A stretch of DNA of 64,000 bases from Octopus sinensis (Eukaryota), in NCBI RefSeq assembly GCF_006345805.1, contig NC_043005.1, forward strand, positions 49,910,001 through 49,974,000, in the 5' to 3' direction. Numbering within the stretch: the first letter of the stretch is position 1; every line of letters begins with the position of its first letter. Of the stretch, positions 12,001-26,084 are shown one piece after another. The notes beneath the pieces are model-generated. The model was not told where the DNA came from. It saw nothing but the letters and a program-made list of their open reading frames with translations, and did no database searches. The position numbers and the translations under genes are program-made.

Positions 12001-12681
12001 TTGTATTTGTTCTGTTTTTTAATATATTTCTTGCCCCTCCTATCTTCCTAATCATTTTAAGTGTAGAAGAACAGATCATTATCTGTTAGGAGAGGACAAA
12101 AAAAAAAGAAAAAAGAAAGAAAAATCACATCATAAAAGAAGAGCAAGTTGTCATCATCATCATCATCGTCATTGTCATCACCAGGCGCAGCAGCAACAGC
12201 GATAGACTTCCGTGGAACCGTTTCCTTCCTTTTTCTCTGTTATAATGTACTGCATTGTGTGTGTTTGTGTGTGCATCATACGTATATGTATGTGAGTGTG
12301 TTTTTGGATGTGTGTGTGTGCGTGTGTGTGTTGGAACTCACTAACACACTGAATTACTTTACTTATGGCATTACTATTGTGGGAAAGGAATGTTTGTCAC
12401 AACCCCTCTTAATTTTTGAGGGAATAAAAGGACATTTCCAGATGCAAATTTCTACATAAGAGGCTATCATTTCTAGAGTTTTGATGACATGAATACACAA
12501 TTTGTTGTTCTGTAGATTAGAATTAATAATAATAAATAATAATAATAATAAAAAGCAAAACAAAAATCTAGAAACCTTTCTATTTTTAAAACAACAAATA
12601 ATGTTTCGGTTGCACTTGTCTTGCTAGTGACTTGCTCTGAGACCAGGTGTTGGAACTGAAGTGCTGACATCATTGTAGAGT

Positions 12682-13165
12682 TATATTCATTTGATCATGT
12701 GAATAACCAGACTATTGAGTGTTGTATCGTTTTAGCTTTGGAATGTTGTGGTGGTTGACAATGATGATGTAGAGATGAAAAAGCCCAAATTGGAATCAGA
12801 TGCAAACTGGTAGTACCAGAGGAGACAATGTTGTTAAAAAACCAGACTTCCTGGACAGAGTTCCGATGAAGGAACCTGATTCAGTGCACAATGACAACAA
12901 TGTTTGTGACACAAATGATTCATATTCATATGATTATATGATCAACTGACTGTTGGATGTTGCATCATTTTTAGCTTTGGAATGATGTAACGAGTGACCA
13001 CGATGATGTAGATATAAAAAAACAAAAAACAAAATTAGAATCAGGTACAACTCGTGAAACCAGAGGATACAAAAACCAGACTACCTGGACATGGTTGTGA
13101 AGAAGGAACCTGGTGTATCAGATTCAGGTCATGATGACAACAACGCCAGTTGTACTCGAAATCAG
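12682..13165 (+). repeat. Diverged tandem duplication of a ~237-bp non-SINE unit
   Basis: Shared anchors TTTAGCTTTGGAATG, GATGATGTAGA, GAATCAG, ACCAGAGGA, AAAAACCAGACT.CCTGGACA, AAGGAACCTG and ATGACAACAA in both units. Confidence 0.8.
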
Positions 13166-14197
13166 ATTCGTTGACTGGCATCTGTGCTAGTGGAGCACTA
13201 AGAGCACCATCTGAGTGTGATCATTGCCAGAGCAGCTGACTGGCTTCCATGCCGGTGGCATGTAAAAAGCACCATTCGAGCATGATTGTTACCAGCGTCG
13301 CCTTACTGGAACTTGTGCCGCTGGACTGGCTCCTGTGCAGGTAGCACGTAAAAACACCATTTGAGTGTGGCCATTGCTAGTTCCGTCTGATTGGCCCTCG
13401 TGCAGGAGGCATGTAAAAGCACCAACTACACTCTCGGAGTGGTTCGCGTTAGGAAGGGCATCCAGCTGTAGAAACTCTGTCCAGCAAGATGGTGATCTCC
13501 AAGTTAATGACTAGAGCCCTAGACATTACATGCTTTTCATCTTCCTTGTCAGATTGGAACCTGCTACGTTGATGCGGTTGCTTGATCTGAAAGACAAATG
13601 GGAATGTTAAAATTTGGTGTATGCACATAACATTACATTTGGTCATCTTCTATTTAGGTCAGCTAAAGTTTATTCATAAAAAGGGTAAAGACCCTGCTTC
13701 AGTCAAGAATGGCCATGGGATTGCACCTAGAAAGTTACCCTCCAAAGCACAAGTCTGGGCAAGGTTTTCCTCATGCATACCAACCTCCCTCTCCACACCA
13801 CCGATGTTGTCCAAGGGAAAGGCAAAAGCCGATACAGCTTGGCACCAGTGTCATTGCAACTCATTTCTACAATTACTATCTGATGATTGTGACCCTGACA
13901 CTCTAACTGCTAATCCATGTATCTTCACAAATACTTGACATATCTTGTATATTATTAATAAGGTGGTGAGCTAGTAGAATCATTAGCACATTGAACAATA
14001 AATCTAGTGGCATTTCTTCTTTGTGTTCTTTATGTATTTACTTCAAATTCTGTAATGGTCACCTTTGTCTTTTGTTCTTTTGGTGGTTAATAAAATAAAG
14101 TAGTAGTCAAATACTGGAGTTGATGAAATCAACTTACTTCTTTCAAAACTTTTGGCCTCCTGCCAAAATTAAAAATAATTATTATCATTATTATCAA

Positions 14198-14245
<48 letters not shown>

Positions 14246-15489
14246 AAGGTGGTGAGCTTGCAAAATCATTAGCATGCCAGGCAAAATGCTTAACAGCATT
14301 TTGTCCATCTTTATGTTCTTAGTTTAAATTCCGCTGGCATTGACTTTGCCTTCCATCCTTTCAGGTTCGATAAAATAAGTACCATTTGAGTACTGGGGTC
14401 GATGTAATAGACTTAACTCCCTGCCCTGAAGTTACTGGCCTTGTGTCAAAATTTGAAACCATTATTATTATTGTTATTATTGAGTGAGAGCAGTGCATGC
14501 CATCAAAGATCACTGAGCATGTCACAAGCAGAAGTAGTGAGGGAGCATCATAGCCATGTGTTGAGAGGAATTCTTTGGGGTTTGAATAATTCATCACTGA
14601 AAACATGGGTGTTTCTTTCACCATCCTTAAACAAATCTTATTGAAGTCAATGTATAAAGAGCAAAAAGAAGAAAGGCCACTAGACATGTTGTTCAATGTA
14701 CTAATGATTCTACTAGCTCACCAACTTTATTAATAATATACAAGATATGTCAGGTATTTGTGAAGATACATGGATTAGTGGTTAGTGACAGGCTCACAAT
14801 CATGAGGCAGCCCTTGTGGCCAATAAAAGAAATCATGAATAATATTAATCCGCTAACTTTTTATTTTTGTACGTACCTGTTGTGTGTGTCACACTTACTT
14901 CAAAGAAGTGGCAAAGCGAGAGAGAGAGGAGGACAGAGAGGAAGTGAGAGAGAGAGTGAGTGAGAGAGTTAAAGAGACAGTGAGTGGTGATGGCGTTCGT
15001 TTTGTGCTTTTAAATGTTTATCTCATCACAAGAGAAGTAGATACATAGATACATATACACATTGTTAAATTAAAAGCAGGAGAGAAGAGGGACACAATAT
15101 AAGTGAAAGAGAAAGAGAGATAGTGAGAGAGACAGTAGATGCATAAATCCAAATAAATAAAATATATAGACACAGCAAATATTGACAGTCAATTTCACTT
15201 TTCATTACCATCCGAGGATAAAATTAACTCACAAATGGCTGAGTACTCCACAGACATGCATAACATTAACATAGTTCTCAGGGAGATTCAGCCTCACACA
15301 GAATATGACAAGGCTGGCCCCTTTGAATTACAGCTACAACTCAAGTCATATATATGTGAATGTATTTGTGTGTATAGTATAGGTTGGTTAAAACATGTTT
15401 GCAATAATAAGTGTCGCGTGGTGGAAATAAATGCAATTACCAAATTTTCATTCATAAATCCATTTACTATTTCATTCTTTTGCATTTTA

Positions 15490-16170
15490 ATTTGCACATT
15501 TGGACCCAGAAATTTTCAACGACTGCACGCCAGAAGAAATAGAAAAGCAAGTTATTTTATCTCCTAAAAATTCTGACTGTCTTGCAATAAATGAGAAAGT
15601 TCTTAAAATTATACCAGTGGCACTTAAAATGTACTTAAGCACAGATTCAGTGTCCTGCAATTATGATGAGGAGGTTCAGAACTATCCATTTGAATTTGTA
15701 AACTCACTCACTCCATCCAGTATGCCTCCTCATTGCCTTAACTTAAAAGTAGGGGCTATTGTAATGCTGCTAAGAAATGTTTTGATCAGTCAAGGATTAT
15801 GTAATGGAACTTGTATGAAAGTGCAAAGACTTCATGAACATTGTGTAGAGGCATCATTGGTAACAGGCTCCAACAGAGGTCGTACAGTTCTAATTCCCAG
15901 AATTAAACTTAGCCCAGGTGATGCAAATATTCCATTCACACTAAACAGACTTCAATTTCCACTTCGACTTGCATATTCAATAACAATTAATAAGGCTCAA
16001 GGGCAAGCATTTGAAAAAAGTTGGAATACATTTGCCTCAACCGGTATTTTCTTATGTCGCATTTTCAAGAGTATGAGCTATGAACAATATCAAAGTAAAA
16101 GTTACGACACTCAATTGGGATAACAGACAAGGCCAAAAACATGGTGTGACATACAAAATACTGTCTATCA
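15490..16170 (+). pseudogene. Helitron PIF1-like helicase C-terminal fragment
   Basis: ORF 15500-16123 contains ILSPKN, PPHCLNLKVGAIVMLLRN, GLCNGT, LIPRI and LQFPLRLAYSITINKAQGQ. After a frameshift it reads VGIHLPQPVFS..YVAFSRV followed by a stop. Confidence 0.9.
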
Positions 16171-16335
16171 TGAAGTACTGTGAGGAAGACCACTGCACCA
16201 GCCGCTTCATCATTACACAACCACATTACACCTTTACGATCGGGGAACCAGTTAGGGGCCTGCTGGATTTCCCTTGGCATACCAGCAAATCACAAAATTG
16301 CACCAGCCAGCATCACCACTACCTCAAAGCCTGTC

Positions 16336-16369
<34 letters not shown>

Positions 16370-16969
16370 GTGTGTTTGTCCCACCACTACTATTGCTTGA
16401 CAACCGATGTTGGTACATTTGCATCCCTGTAATTTAGCTGTTCAGCAGAAGATAATCATAAAATAAGTACCAGGCTTACAGGTAATAAGTCCAGAGGTCA
16501 ATTTCTTTGACTAAAGCATGGCCACTCTCAAATGACTGAAACAAGTAAAAGAATAATAACAGAAAAACGTTCCGTACTACTAAACCAAGAAGGGTCTTTG
16601 AATATATACGATGTGTTTTAAGGTTAAATAGTAATTCCGTTTATGTTTGTCTAACAGATATTTTGGTTGGATTATATAGTCATTGGTGTTATATTACTTT
16701 CTATATTCTGTAAATGTCACAATATAATTTTCTAGGCCTGAAATTTTTGTGGGAAGGGGGCCAGTTGGTTAGATCGACCCCATTACACAACTGGTACTTA
16801 ATTTTTTGACCCCCCAAAAGGATAAAAGGTAAAGTTGACCTTGGCAGAATTTGAACTCAGAAGACAGACAGTCATAATTTGCAAACATTTCTCATGGTAC
16901 CAGTATACTGTTTACAGATGCTTGTATTTTTTATTTTCAGTGAATTTTTCATGGGTCCAGCTAGTTATT

Positions 16970-17349
16970 ATTATTGAGTGAGAGAGCAGCACGTGCCAAC
17001 AAAGAGACACTGGGGTACAAATATACGAAGCCCAATATATCCAACTTGACTACCTGTCTGTTAAGGGTACACTTAGCACATCCATCACAACCATATGTGC
17101 ACAACATGGTGATCTCATATCAACATAAATAGTGCATGACCTTGCAGGTGGGGCTCAGTTAGAATTTATTTTGCTTGTGACATGCTTATCTGGTTAAGGT
17201 CAAACAACTGACAAGCAAACTTGTGGAATTGAGCACAATATTTGCAGTAGCCCATCTTTTATACCAAGACAAAACAATGTACATAATAACATTTTTAGTC
17301 AGTTAAGATCAGAAGCCATGAGAGCCGCTGTCTGGTACTGCATCAGGAC

Positions 17350-17394
<45 letters not shown>

Positions 17395-17407
17395 CATTCT
17401 TCTTCTT

Positions 17408-17438
<31 letters not shown>

Positions 17439-17990
17439 TTATTATTATTATTCTTATTATTATTATTATTATTATTGAGTGAAAGAGCAGTTCATACCAT
17501 CAAAGTGACACTGGGGTAAAATATACGAAGCCCAATATACCCATCATGACTACCCGTCTGTTAAGGGTACACTAGGCACATGCATCACAACCATATGTGC
17601 GCGACATGGAGATCTCATATCAAGATAAACAGCACATAACCTTGCAGGTTGGGCCCAGTTAGAATTTTCTTCTGGTCGAGTAACCCATCCCGCTCAAAAG
17701 GTCCCTGAATAAGAGTTGTTTAAGGATGTTGAATGAAACATCCATGTTTCCAGAGGTGAATTATTCAAACCCCAACGAATCCCTCTCAACACATGGCTAT
17801 GACGCTCCCCCACCATTTCTGCTCATGATCAGAGATGCACATATCGTCAGCCACTAAGGGACATGCTCATCTGGTTACGGTCAAGCAACTGACAAGCAAA
17901 TATGTGGTATTGAGCAGAATATTTGCTGTAGCCCATCTTTTATACCAAGCCAAAACAATGTACATGATAACACTTCCAATCAGTTAAGAT
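16970..17990 (-). mobile_element. Two tandem copies of an (AAT)n-tailed LINE-3'-UTR-like repeat
   Basis: 16970-17350 (internally deleted) and 17470-17990 share ATTGAGTGA.AGAGCAG..GCCCAATATA..AAAACAATGTACAT, separated by (ATT)n/(TTC)n; partial copy at 14465-14660. Confidence 0.7.
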
Positions 17991-18609
17991 CATGAATGAC
18001 CATGGGATTGCACCTAGAAGGTTCTTTTCCGAGGCACAAGTCTGGGCAAGGTTGTTTATGGAAGACCAGCAGTCACCCATGCATACCAGCCTCCCTTCTC
18101 CATGCCACCAATGTTATCCAAGGGAAAAGCAAAGGCCAATACAGCTTGGCATCAGTGACATCACAACTCATTTTGTTCAGCTGAGAAAACTGGAGCAATG
18201 TGAAATAAAGTGTCTTGCTCAAGGACACAACATGCAGCTCAGTCAGAGAAGTGAACTCACTATCTTGTGATTGTGAGCCTGACACTCTAACCACTGAGCC
18301 ATGCAGCCATGTGCTGTCTTTCTGTTTCAGCAATACATACTTTATACGAAAGTCAAGAAAATACCAAATTTTTCCATAATACATGAATAGACAGATTAAG
18401 GAATCTTGCTTGCAATTAGAAAAGAAAGAGATCCCAGCAATTTGGGGTCAGATCATGAAGTATCTACTACATTGATTAAATCTGGTCTGACTTAAAAAAA
18501 GGCATGATTCTTGAACGGGGATAGAATATGCAACTGGCTAATGGGTAGAATTCAGGCAAAATGTCTTGTGATATTCATTCCAGCTCTCTGTGTTCTTTGT
18601 TGAAATTCA

Positions 18610-18920
18610 GTTATGTGGCTAAGTGGTTAGAGGTATATGGTTTAAGATCGTATGGTCCTGAGTTTGGTTCCCAATAGCACAGTGTGTCCTTGAGCAAGAC
18701 ACTTTTTCCTGTTGCTCCAGTTGACTCAGCTGACAAAAATGAGTAGTTACCTGTATTTCAAAGGGCCAACCATGTCACACTCTCTGTCATGCTGAATCTT
18801 GCTGAGAATTACGTTAAAGGTATGGCATGTCTATGGAGTGCTCAAGCAGCTGCATGTTAATTTCATGAGAAGGCTGTTCTATTAATCAGATCAACTGGAA
18901 CCCTCATCAGTAACTGATGG
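18610..18920 (+). mobile_element. Family C SINE
   Basis: TGGCTAAGTGG A box, TGTGTCCTTGAGCAAGACAC, GATCAACTGGAACCCTC 3' block. Confidence 0.75.
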
Positions 18921-19264
18921 AGTGTCATTTTTTTTTCATGCAAATTCAGCCCAGGTTAACTTTGTTGTTCTTCCTTTTGGAGTCAATAAAATAAAGCACC
19001 ATTTCAGGGCTGTGTTTCAGAATTGCTAGAGCATTAGATGAAATTTTTTGCATTGTCTGTTCAAGCTCTTTCTGCTCTGAGTTCTTGGGAAGTAGAATTA
19101 ATCTATCACCTATTTTAACTTGGTACTGAGTTCAGTCCCACTGTGTGGAACCTTCAGCAAGTGTCACCTGTTATAGCTCTGGGCTGACCAAAACCTTGTG
19201 AATGGATTCAGAAAACAAAAGAAATCCATTGCGTGTATGTATGTGTGTGTGTGTGTGTGCATGT

Positions 19265-19296
<32 letters not shown>

Positions 19297-19462
19297 GTAT
19301 ATATCTGTATTCCTTACATCTGTAGTTCATACAAGGTAAGCAGATTTCTGTTATATTTGTGGCATTCAGCATGTGTATTTAAATAGTGACAAATTTGTGG
19401 CTTTAGAGCAATAGCTCTGTTTATATAGCAAGAGGTATTTTAATACCCTACTAAATTTTGTT

Positions 19463-19514
<52 letters not shown>

Positions 19515-19516
<2 letters not shown>

Positions 19517-19970
19517 CTCTTTTACTTGTTTCAGTCATTTGACTGCGGCCATGCTGGAGCACCATCTTTAGTCGAGCAAATCGACCCCAGGACTTATTCT
19601 TTGTAAGACTAGTACGTATTCTATTGGTCTCTTTTGCCGAACTGCTAAGTTACAGGGACGTAAACACACCAGCATCGGTTGTCAAGTGATGTTGGGGGGG
19701 GGGTTAACACAGACACACAAAGATATACACACACATACATGTCGAACCGTCCAACCCATGCTAGCATGGAGAACAGACGTTAAACGACGATATATACATA
19801 CATATATATGATGGGCTTCTTCTAGTTTCCATCTACCAAATCCACTCACAAGGCTTTGGTTGGCCCGAGGCTATAGTAGAAGACACTTGCCCAAGGTGCC
19901 ACGCAGTGGGACTGAACCCAAAACCATGTGGTTGGTAAGCGAGCTACTAACCACAGAGCCACTCCTGCAC
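19515..19970 (-). mobile_element. Family A SINE
   Basis: Well-preserved body with a short family D fragment inserted at about 19740-19790. Confidence 0.85.
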
Positions 19971-20749
19971 CTATAATATAAATAATATATATTTATATGC
20001 ATATATACATACATATATGTACATACCTACATATATTGTATACATACATGCATATATAGGTACAGGACATCAAAAAAACTTAGACAGAATGAGAAACGAG
20101 AACATTAAACACAAAAAATTAGAAAACGAACTGTTTTTTGAACAATAAAAAAAAACAAATAAACAGAGAAACAAGACAAGCAACATAAAGAATATTCCCT
20201 TCATCAGTTGTCCCCTGTTTTATCTACTCTGTGTTTCAAAGGTAAGGACAAGATGCGACTTTGTTAAAACAGTCCTTCACGCAAAGCAAATTAAATAAAA
20301 TTTGGGATTTTTTTGTGGAGGGTGAAAGTGGTAACAAAAACAGAACAGTGAAAACAAAACATTAAAAACAAACTTTAAGGGCTGTCCACCATCCAACCAA
20401 GCATGGAAAACATGTTAAATGGTGATGGTGATGATATATATATATGTTTTTGCCTGTTCCACCACATGTTTGACAAATGGTGTTGGTTTGTTTACATCCC
20501 TGTAACTTAGTGGTTTGACAAAATGATATCAATAGGATAACTATTGTGTGTGTGTGAGTGTGTGTGTTACTGTCTCAAGCAGTGTTTCCAGTCCTCCACA
20601 AAATCATGTCTGGTCATGGGGAAATATTACCTTACTTAGAAACGGGTGTGGGCCAGTGACAGGAAGGGGGAATCCAGCTGTAGAAAAGCCACCTCAACAA
20701 AGTTCACTATGACCCATGGGAACATTGAAAAGTGGATGTTAAACTAGTG

Positions 20750-20783
<34 letters not shown>

Positions 20784-21399
20784 CTGTGTCTGTGTGTGTA
20801 TTTATGCACATACAAATGTATATAGATGCATATATATTACCTATTATGCATTCATATGTATATTTATCTAACACTATGTTACACACACACACACACATAC
20901 ATACACACACACACACTTTATATCTGTATATATGTCATGTAAATAACATATAAACATACATATACACATACACATATGTATATATATAAATATATAGATT
21001 ATGCTGTACATATGCCTGCATACACAATATGTATGCATGTATGTATCTATTTATTCATACAAAGACATGCGTACACACACAACTACATCCTTACATTCAC
21101 ATGAATATGACACATTTTTTCACTTACATCTTTTATCTCATACACAAAAAATATGTTCTTGTGGACAATTATGTACACATATCCATACAAATGAATCCAC
21201 ACATGGATTTCATGCAATTACACCTGCATGCACACACATATACAGCAATTCTCTATACTAACACACCTTTACAGGTACAATAAGCTCACACGCATACACA
21301 CATCTTCTCTATACAAATGCACCGATGTAGATACAACACACATATATATACACACACACACACACACCTGTTTGCAATTCAGATTGCACACACACACAC

Positions 21400-21879
21400 A
21401 CATGTGCCTGCACATAACCTGAGATACACCTCATCACACATACATGCACAAACACCTGTGCACATACCAACAGTCATACACACACATTTGTACACCTGTA
21501 CACATACAGATAAACCGTGCACATACACACACACTCACGCACACACACACACACACACGTGCCTGTGCATAACCTGGCATACACCTCATCACACATACAT
21601 GCACAAACACCTGTGCACATACCAACAGTCACACACACCCAGATACAGATACTCACACACAATTGTACACCTGTACACAAACAGATAAGCTGCTCACACA
21701 CACACACATACACGCACACACACACACGCACACACACACACACACGTGCCTGTGCATAACCTGGTATACACCTCATCACACTTACATGCACAAACACCTG
21801 TGCACATACCAACAGTCACACACACCCAGATACATATACACACATATATTTGTATACCTGTACACACACAGATAAGCTG

Positions 21880-21934
<55 letters not shown>

Positions 21935-22620
21935 CTGTGCATAACCTGGTATACACCTCATCACACTTACATGCACAAACACCTGTGCACATACCAATAG
22001 TCACACACATCCAGATACAGGTACACACACACATTTACACACCTGTACACACACAGATAAACTGCATATGCACACACACATGTGCCTGTGCATAACCTGG
22101 CATACACCTCATCACACATACATGCACAAACACCTGTGCACATACCAACAGTCACACACATCCAGATACAGGTACACACACATTTGCACACCTGTACACA
22201 CACAGATAAGCTGCCCACACACACACACACATACACACACGTGCCTGTGCATAACCTGACATACACCTCATCACACATACATGTACAAACACCTGTGCAC
22301 ATACCAACAGTCATACACACCCAGATACAGATACTCACACACATTTGTACACCTGTACACACACAGATAAACTGCACACACACACACACATACACGCACA
22401 CACACACACACACACGCACACACACACAGACACACACATGTGCCTGTGCATAACCTGACATACACCTCATCACACATACATGCACAAACACCTGTGCACA
22501 TACCAACAGTCACAAACACCCAGATACAGGTACACACACACACACATTTGCACACCTGTACACATACAGATAAACAGCGTGCATGCACACACAATACACA
22601 CACGTGCACAGACGCACACA
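21400..22620. repeat. Compound minisatellite: 7 copies of a ~150-200-bp unit with variable (CA)n spacers
   Basis: TGCCTGTGCATAACCTG..CACCTCATCACAC..CAAACACCTGTGCACATACCAA..CAGATAA starts at about 21405, 21559, 21747, 21932, 22083, 22242 and 22441. Confidence 0.95.
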
Positions 22621-23227
22621 CACAAACACACATCCAGACATAATCTAACGCTCTCTCTTTCTCTCTCACACACACACTCACACTCACACACACACACTCA
22701 CACACACACACACTAACACAGACTCACACACACAGACACAGTGTCTTTCACAATCAATGTTGTTCCACAGTGAACCATTTCAACATGATGCAGCAGCATT
22801 GAAGACAAAGAATGACTCATTCAGTTTGTGTGCATAAGTGCGTGTGTGAACATGTGTGTACGCTTGTGCAGTGTAATGCCAATACACACGCACGCACGCA
22901 CACACAAATACACACACACAAATATGTACACACGCACAGACACATTGAATGCACACTATTTATTCCCCTTTCCATCTTTCTTGTCTTTTTCTTCCACTCT
23001 GCAACCATCCGACATCTTGGATACTCTTTTTGAAAAGGAGGTTGAAAGACTCTGGTATGACTCATAGAACTATAGTGGAGTCTAGAGCGGTGTATATAGA
23101 TCTGCCATACACACACGCAGTTATACATAGCCACTTACACATGCAGCATATATATACTTACGCATGCAACACACACACTCACACGCATAGTGAATGAAAA
23201 TGTGATTTAGGTGTACTGAAGAATGAG

Positions 23228-23265
<38 letters not shown>

Positions 23266-23402
23266 CATGTACATATAAATATGAACATAAATATATATAC
23301 ATATGTGTATATATATATATATATATGTGTGTGTATAAGTATGTATATATCTATATATATATTATGTATATATATATATACACATATATATGTGCATGTA
23401 TA

Positions 23403-23502
23403 NNNNNNNNNNNNNNNNNNNNNNNNNNNNNNNNNNNNNNNNNNNNNNNNNNNNNNNNNNNNNNNNNNNNNNNNNNNNNNNNNNNNNNNNNNNNNNNNNN
23501 NN
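23403..23502. other. Assembly gap (100 N)
   Basis: Run of N between a TA-rich microsatellite and a family A SINE. Confidence 1.
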
Positions 23503-23887
23503 GTTGCTTACAAACCACATGGTTTCGGGTTCAGTCCCACTGCGTGGCACCTTGGGCAAGTGTCTTCTACTATAACCTTGGGCTGACTAAAGCCTTGTGA
23601 GTGGATTTGGTAGATGGAAACTGAAAGAAGCCCGTCATATATATATATATATATATGTATGTGCGTGTGTATGTTTGTGTGTCTGTGTTCGTACCCTCAA
23701 CATTGCTTGACAACCAATGCTGGTGTGTTTATGTCCCCGTAACTTAGTGGTTTGGCAAAAGAGATCAATAGAATAAGTACTAGGCTTACAAAGAATAAGT
23801 CCTGGGGTCGATTTGCTCGACTAAAGGTGGTGCTCCAGCATGGCTGCAGTCAAATGACTGAAACAAGTGAAAGAGTAAAAGAGTAAA

Positions 23888-23890
<3 letters not shown>
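23503..23890 (+). mobile_element. Family A SINE
   Basis: GGTTCAGTCCCACTGCGTGGCACCTTGGGC..GAGTAAAAGAGTAAAAGA tail. Confidence 0.85.
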
Positions 23891-23923
<33 letters not shown>

Positions 23924-24089
23924 CTGTGTGTATTTGTATATGCTTGTGTGTCTGTGTTTGTCCCCCCACCATTGCTTGACAACTGATGTTGGTGTGTTTA
24001 CGTTCCACTAACGTTGTGGTTCAGCAAAAGAGACCAATAGAATAAGTACTAGGCTTACAATGAATAAGTCCTGGGGTCGATGCTGGTGT

Positions 24090-24990
24090 CACATAACTGG
24101 TCACCTAAGTAATGGAAGCTGTCAACTACTTGTAGTTTTTTTCCCCTGGAATGTAATGGAAGCTGTTCTCTGCACATTTTCAGCATTTATTGCTCCTGAG
24201 CATTTGCGACATACAAAAACTATCTTCCCAGTTAGCCTTCATTTGATATTTCTACACCTCTTATTTGTCTATAGTTTACACTGGGTACATCTTATGGACT
24301 TTCTACCTACACCTTTTCTACAGATCAAGCGGGGCCATCTACCTGAAGGGATTTGTGATTTGTCTGCCTTCCTACTTATTAAGACTTTAGTTTTTGTTAG
24401 GTTGACTCTAAGGCCCTTCAATTCTAATCATTGCTTCCACACCTGAAACTTCCCCTCTAGTTCTGATAGTGACTCAGCAATTAGAGCAAGGTCATCAGCA
24501 TAGAGAAGCTCCCAAGGGCATCCTGTCTTGAATTCCTCCATTATTGCCTGGAGGACTATGATGAATAAGACGGGGCTGAGGACTGATTCTTGGTAGACAC
24601 CTATCCATACTCAGAATTCTTCACTGTACTCATCGCCAACCCTCACCTTACTGACAGCATCCCTCTACATGGCTTGTATAGCTCTTACTAACCATTCATC
24701 TATCCCTAGTTTCCTCATTGAACACCAGATAAGGGATTGGGGGACCTTGTCAAAGGCTTTCTCTATGTCAACGAAAGCCAGGTACAGAGGTTTATCTATG
24801 GCTAGGTATTTCTCCTGCAGCTGTCTTACCAGAAATATAGCATCAGTGGTGCTTTTTTTTGGCATATACCCAAACTACATCTCATCAAGACTGACTTTCT
24901 CCCTAATTAGTTGGGCCATGAATCTCTGTTACTTTCATTACTTGATCCAACAACTTGATACCTCTGTAATTATTTGTATCTAAAGCATCA
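24090..24990 (-). pseudogene. RTE-clade LINE reverse transcriptase fragment
   Basis: STTDAIFLVRQLQEKY..LYLAFVDIEKAFDKVP..SVLSPVLFIIVL..WELLYADDLALIAES..GLRVNLTKTK..FHYLGD, with in-frame stops. Confidence 0.92.
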
Positions 24991-25464
24991 CCTTTACCTT
25001 TGTAGCAGTTGACTATGTTGCTGCTACATTAGTCATTGGGTACAACTCCTTCATGTATCACCTGGTTGACTATACAGGTGACTAGACTATAGCCAACACC
25101 GCCAGATATTTTAAGTATCTCTGCAATGATTCCTTATTGGCCAGGGGCTTTCCCTATATATATATGGGTCCAACCTTCCGAGTTCTTTTACAGGGCTTAG
25201 GAATTCTGAAGGACCACTGCAATAAGCATGTGAACCTAAGAGGGTTCATAAAATCATAATTAACCTATCCTCCTGTATTTTCTTTTACCCAAAACCAGGA
25301 ACTTTTCAGCACCCCTTCTTATATATATATATATATATATACATAGAGAGGGAGAGAAAAGGAGGCAGAGAGAGAGCGGGAGATTGAATAGTCATCATTC
25401 AGTTTGTATCCACCAAATCTACTCACAAGGTTTTGGTCGGCCTTGGGTAGAAGACACTTACTTG

Positions 25465-25700
25465 AAGGCAGTGAACTGGCAGAAATGTTAGCACGCTGGG
25501 CGAAATGCTTAGCAGTATTTCATCTGTCTTTATGATCTGTGTTCAAATTCCGTCGAGGTCGACTTTGCTTTTCCTCCTTTTGGGGTCAATAAATTAAGTA
25601 CCAGTTACACACTGGGGTCAATGTAATCGACTTAATCCCTTTGTCTGTCATTGTTTGTCCCCTCTATGTTTGGTCCCTTGTGGGCAATAAAGAAATAAGA
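25465..25700 (+). mobile_element. Family B SINE inserted into a minus-strand family A SINE
   Basis: The family A text GTAGAAGACACTTAC at 25447 resumes as AAGAAGACACTTACC at 25699. Confidence 0.75.
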
Positions 25701-25789
25701 AGACACTTACCTAAGGGGCCATACTGTGGGGCTGAACCCAGAACCATGTAATTGGGAAGCAACCATGCTTGTGGCTATAATATCAGATG

Positions 25790-26060
25790 AAATTGTAGGG
25801 GCACTGTTAGACCATACCTGTATGACTGTCATTTCCATCTGTCACAACTGTATGCCAGAGTTTGAGCTTCTGCTAATAGTTTACTTGTCCAATCCCTCGA
25901 TGTGTGTCTAGCTTTCCCTCTCTCTTATCCCCCTTTGTCTACCAGAGTTCCTTGAAGAATAGCTTTTGCAAGACCATGAGAACTTATTACATGGCCATAC
26001 CATTCGCAGCTTTTAATTCCTCACTTTTGTGAAAAGATCATCATGAGTATCAGCATAATG
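25790..26060 (-). pseudogene. RTE-type LINE ORF C-terminal remnant
   Basis: WYGHVISSHGLAKAILQGTL..DW..LLAEAQTLA..DRWK, matching the LxWYGHVxR..LQG C-terminal motif of RTE LINEs. Confidence 0.7.
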
Positions 26061-26084
26061 CTAGGTGGGTTTGTAGACTTATTC

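Noticed and set aside
20140-20260. CTGATGA with stem I GACAA/TTGTC on the minus strand of a repeat tail
   Set aside because: The GAAA half of the hammerhead core is absent at the required position; at most a dead relic.
21400-22620. Repeat-spacer appearance resembling a CRISPR array
   Set aside because: Eukaryotic context, long units, spacers are (CA)n rather than unique sequence, and no cas genes.
20700-23400. Many overlapping His/Thr or Cys/Val-rich ORFs
   Set aside because: Products of (CA)n/(TG)n and the minisatellite; not zinc-finger spacing.
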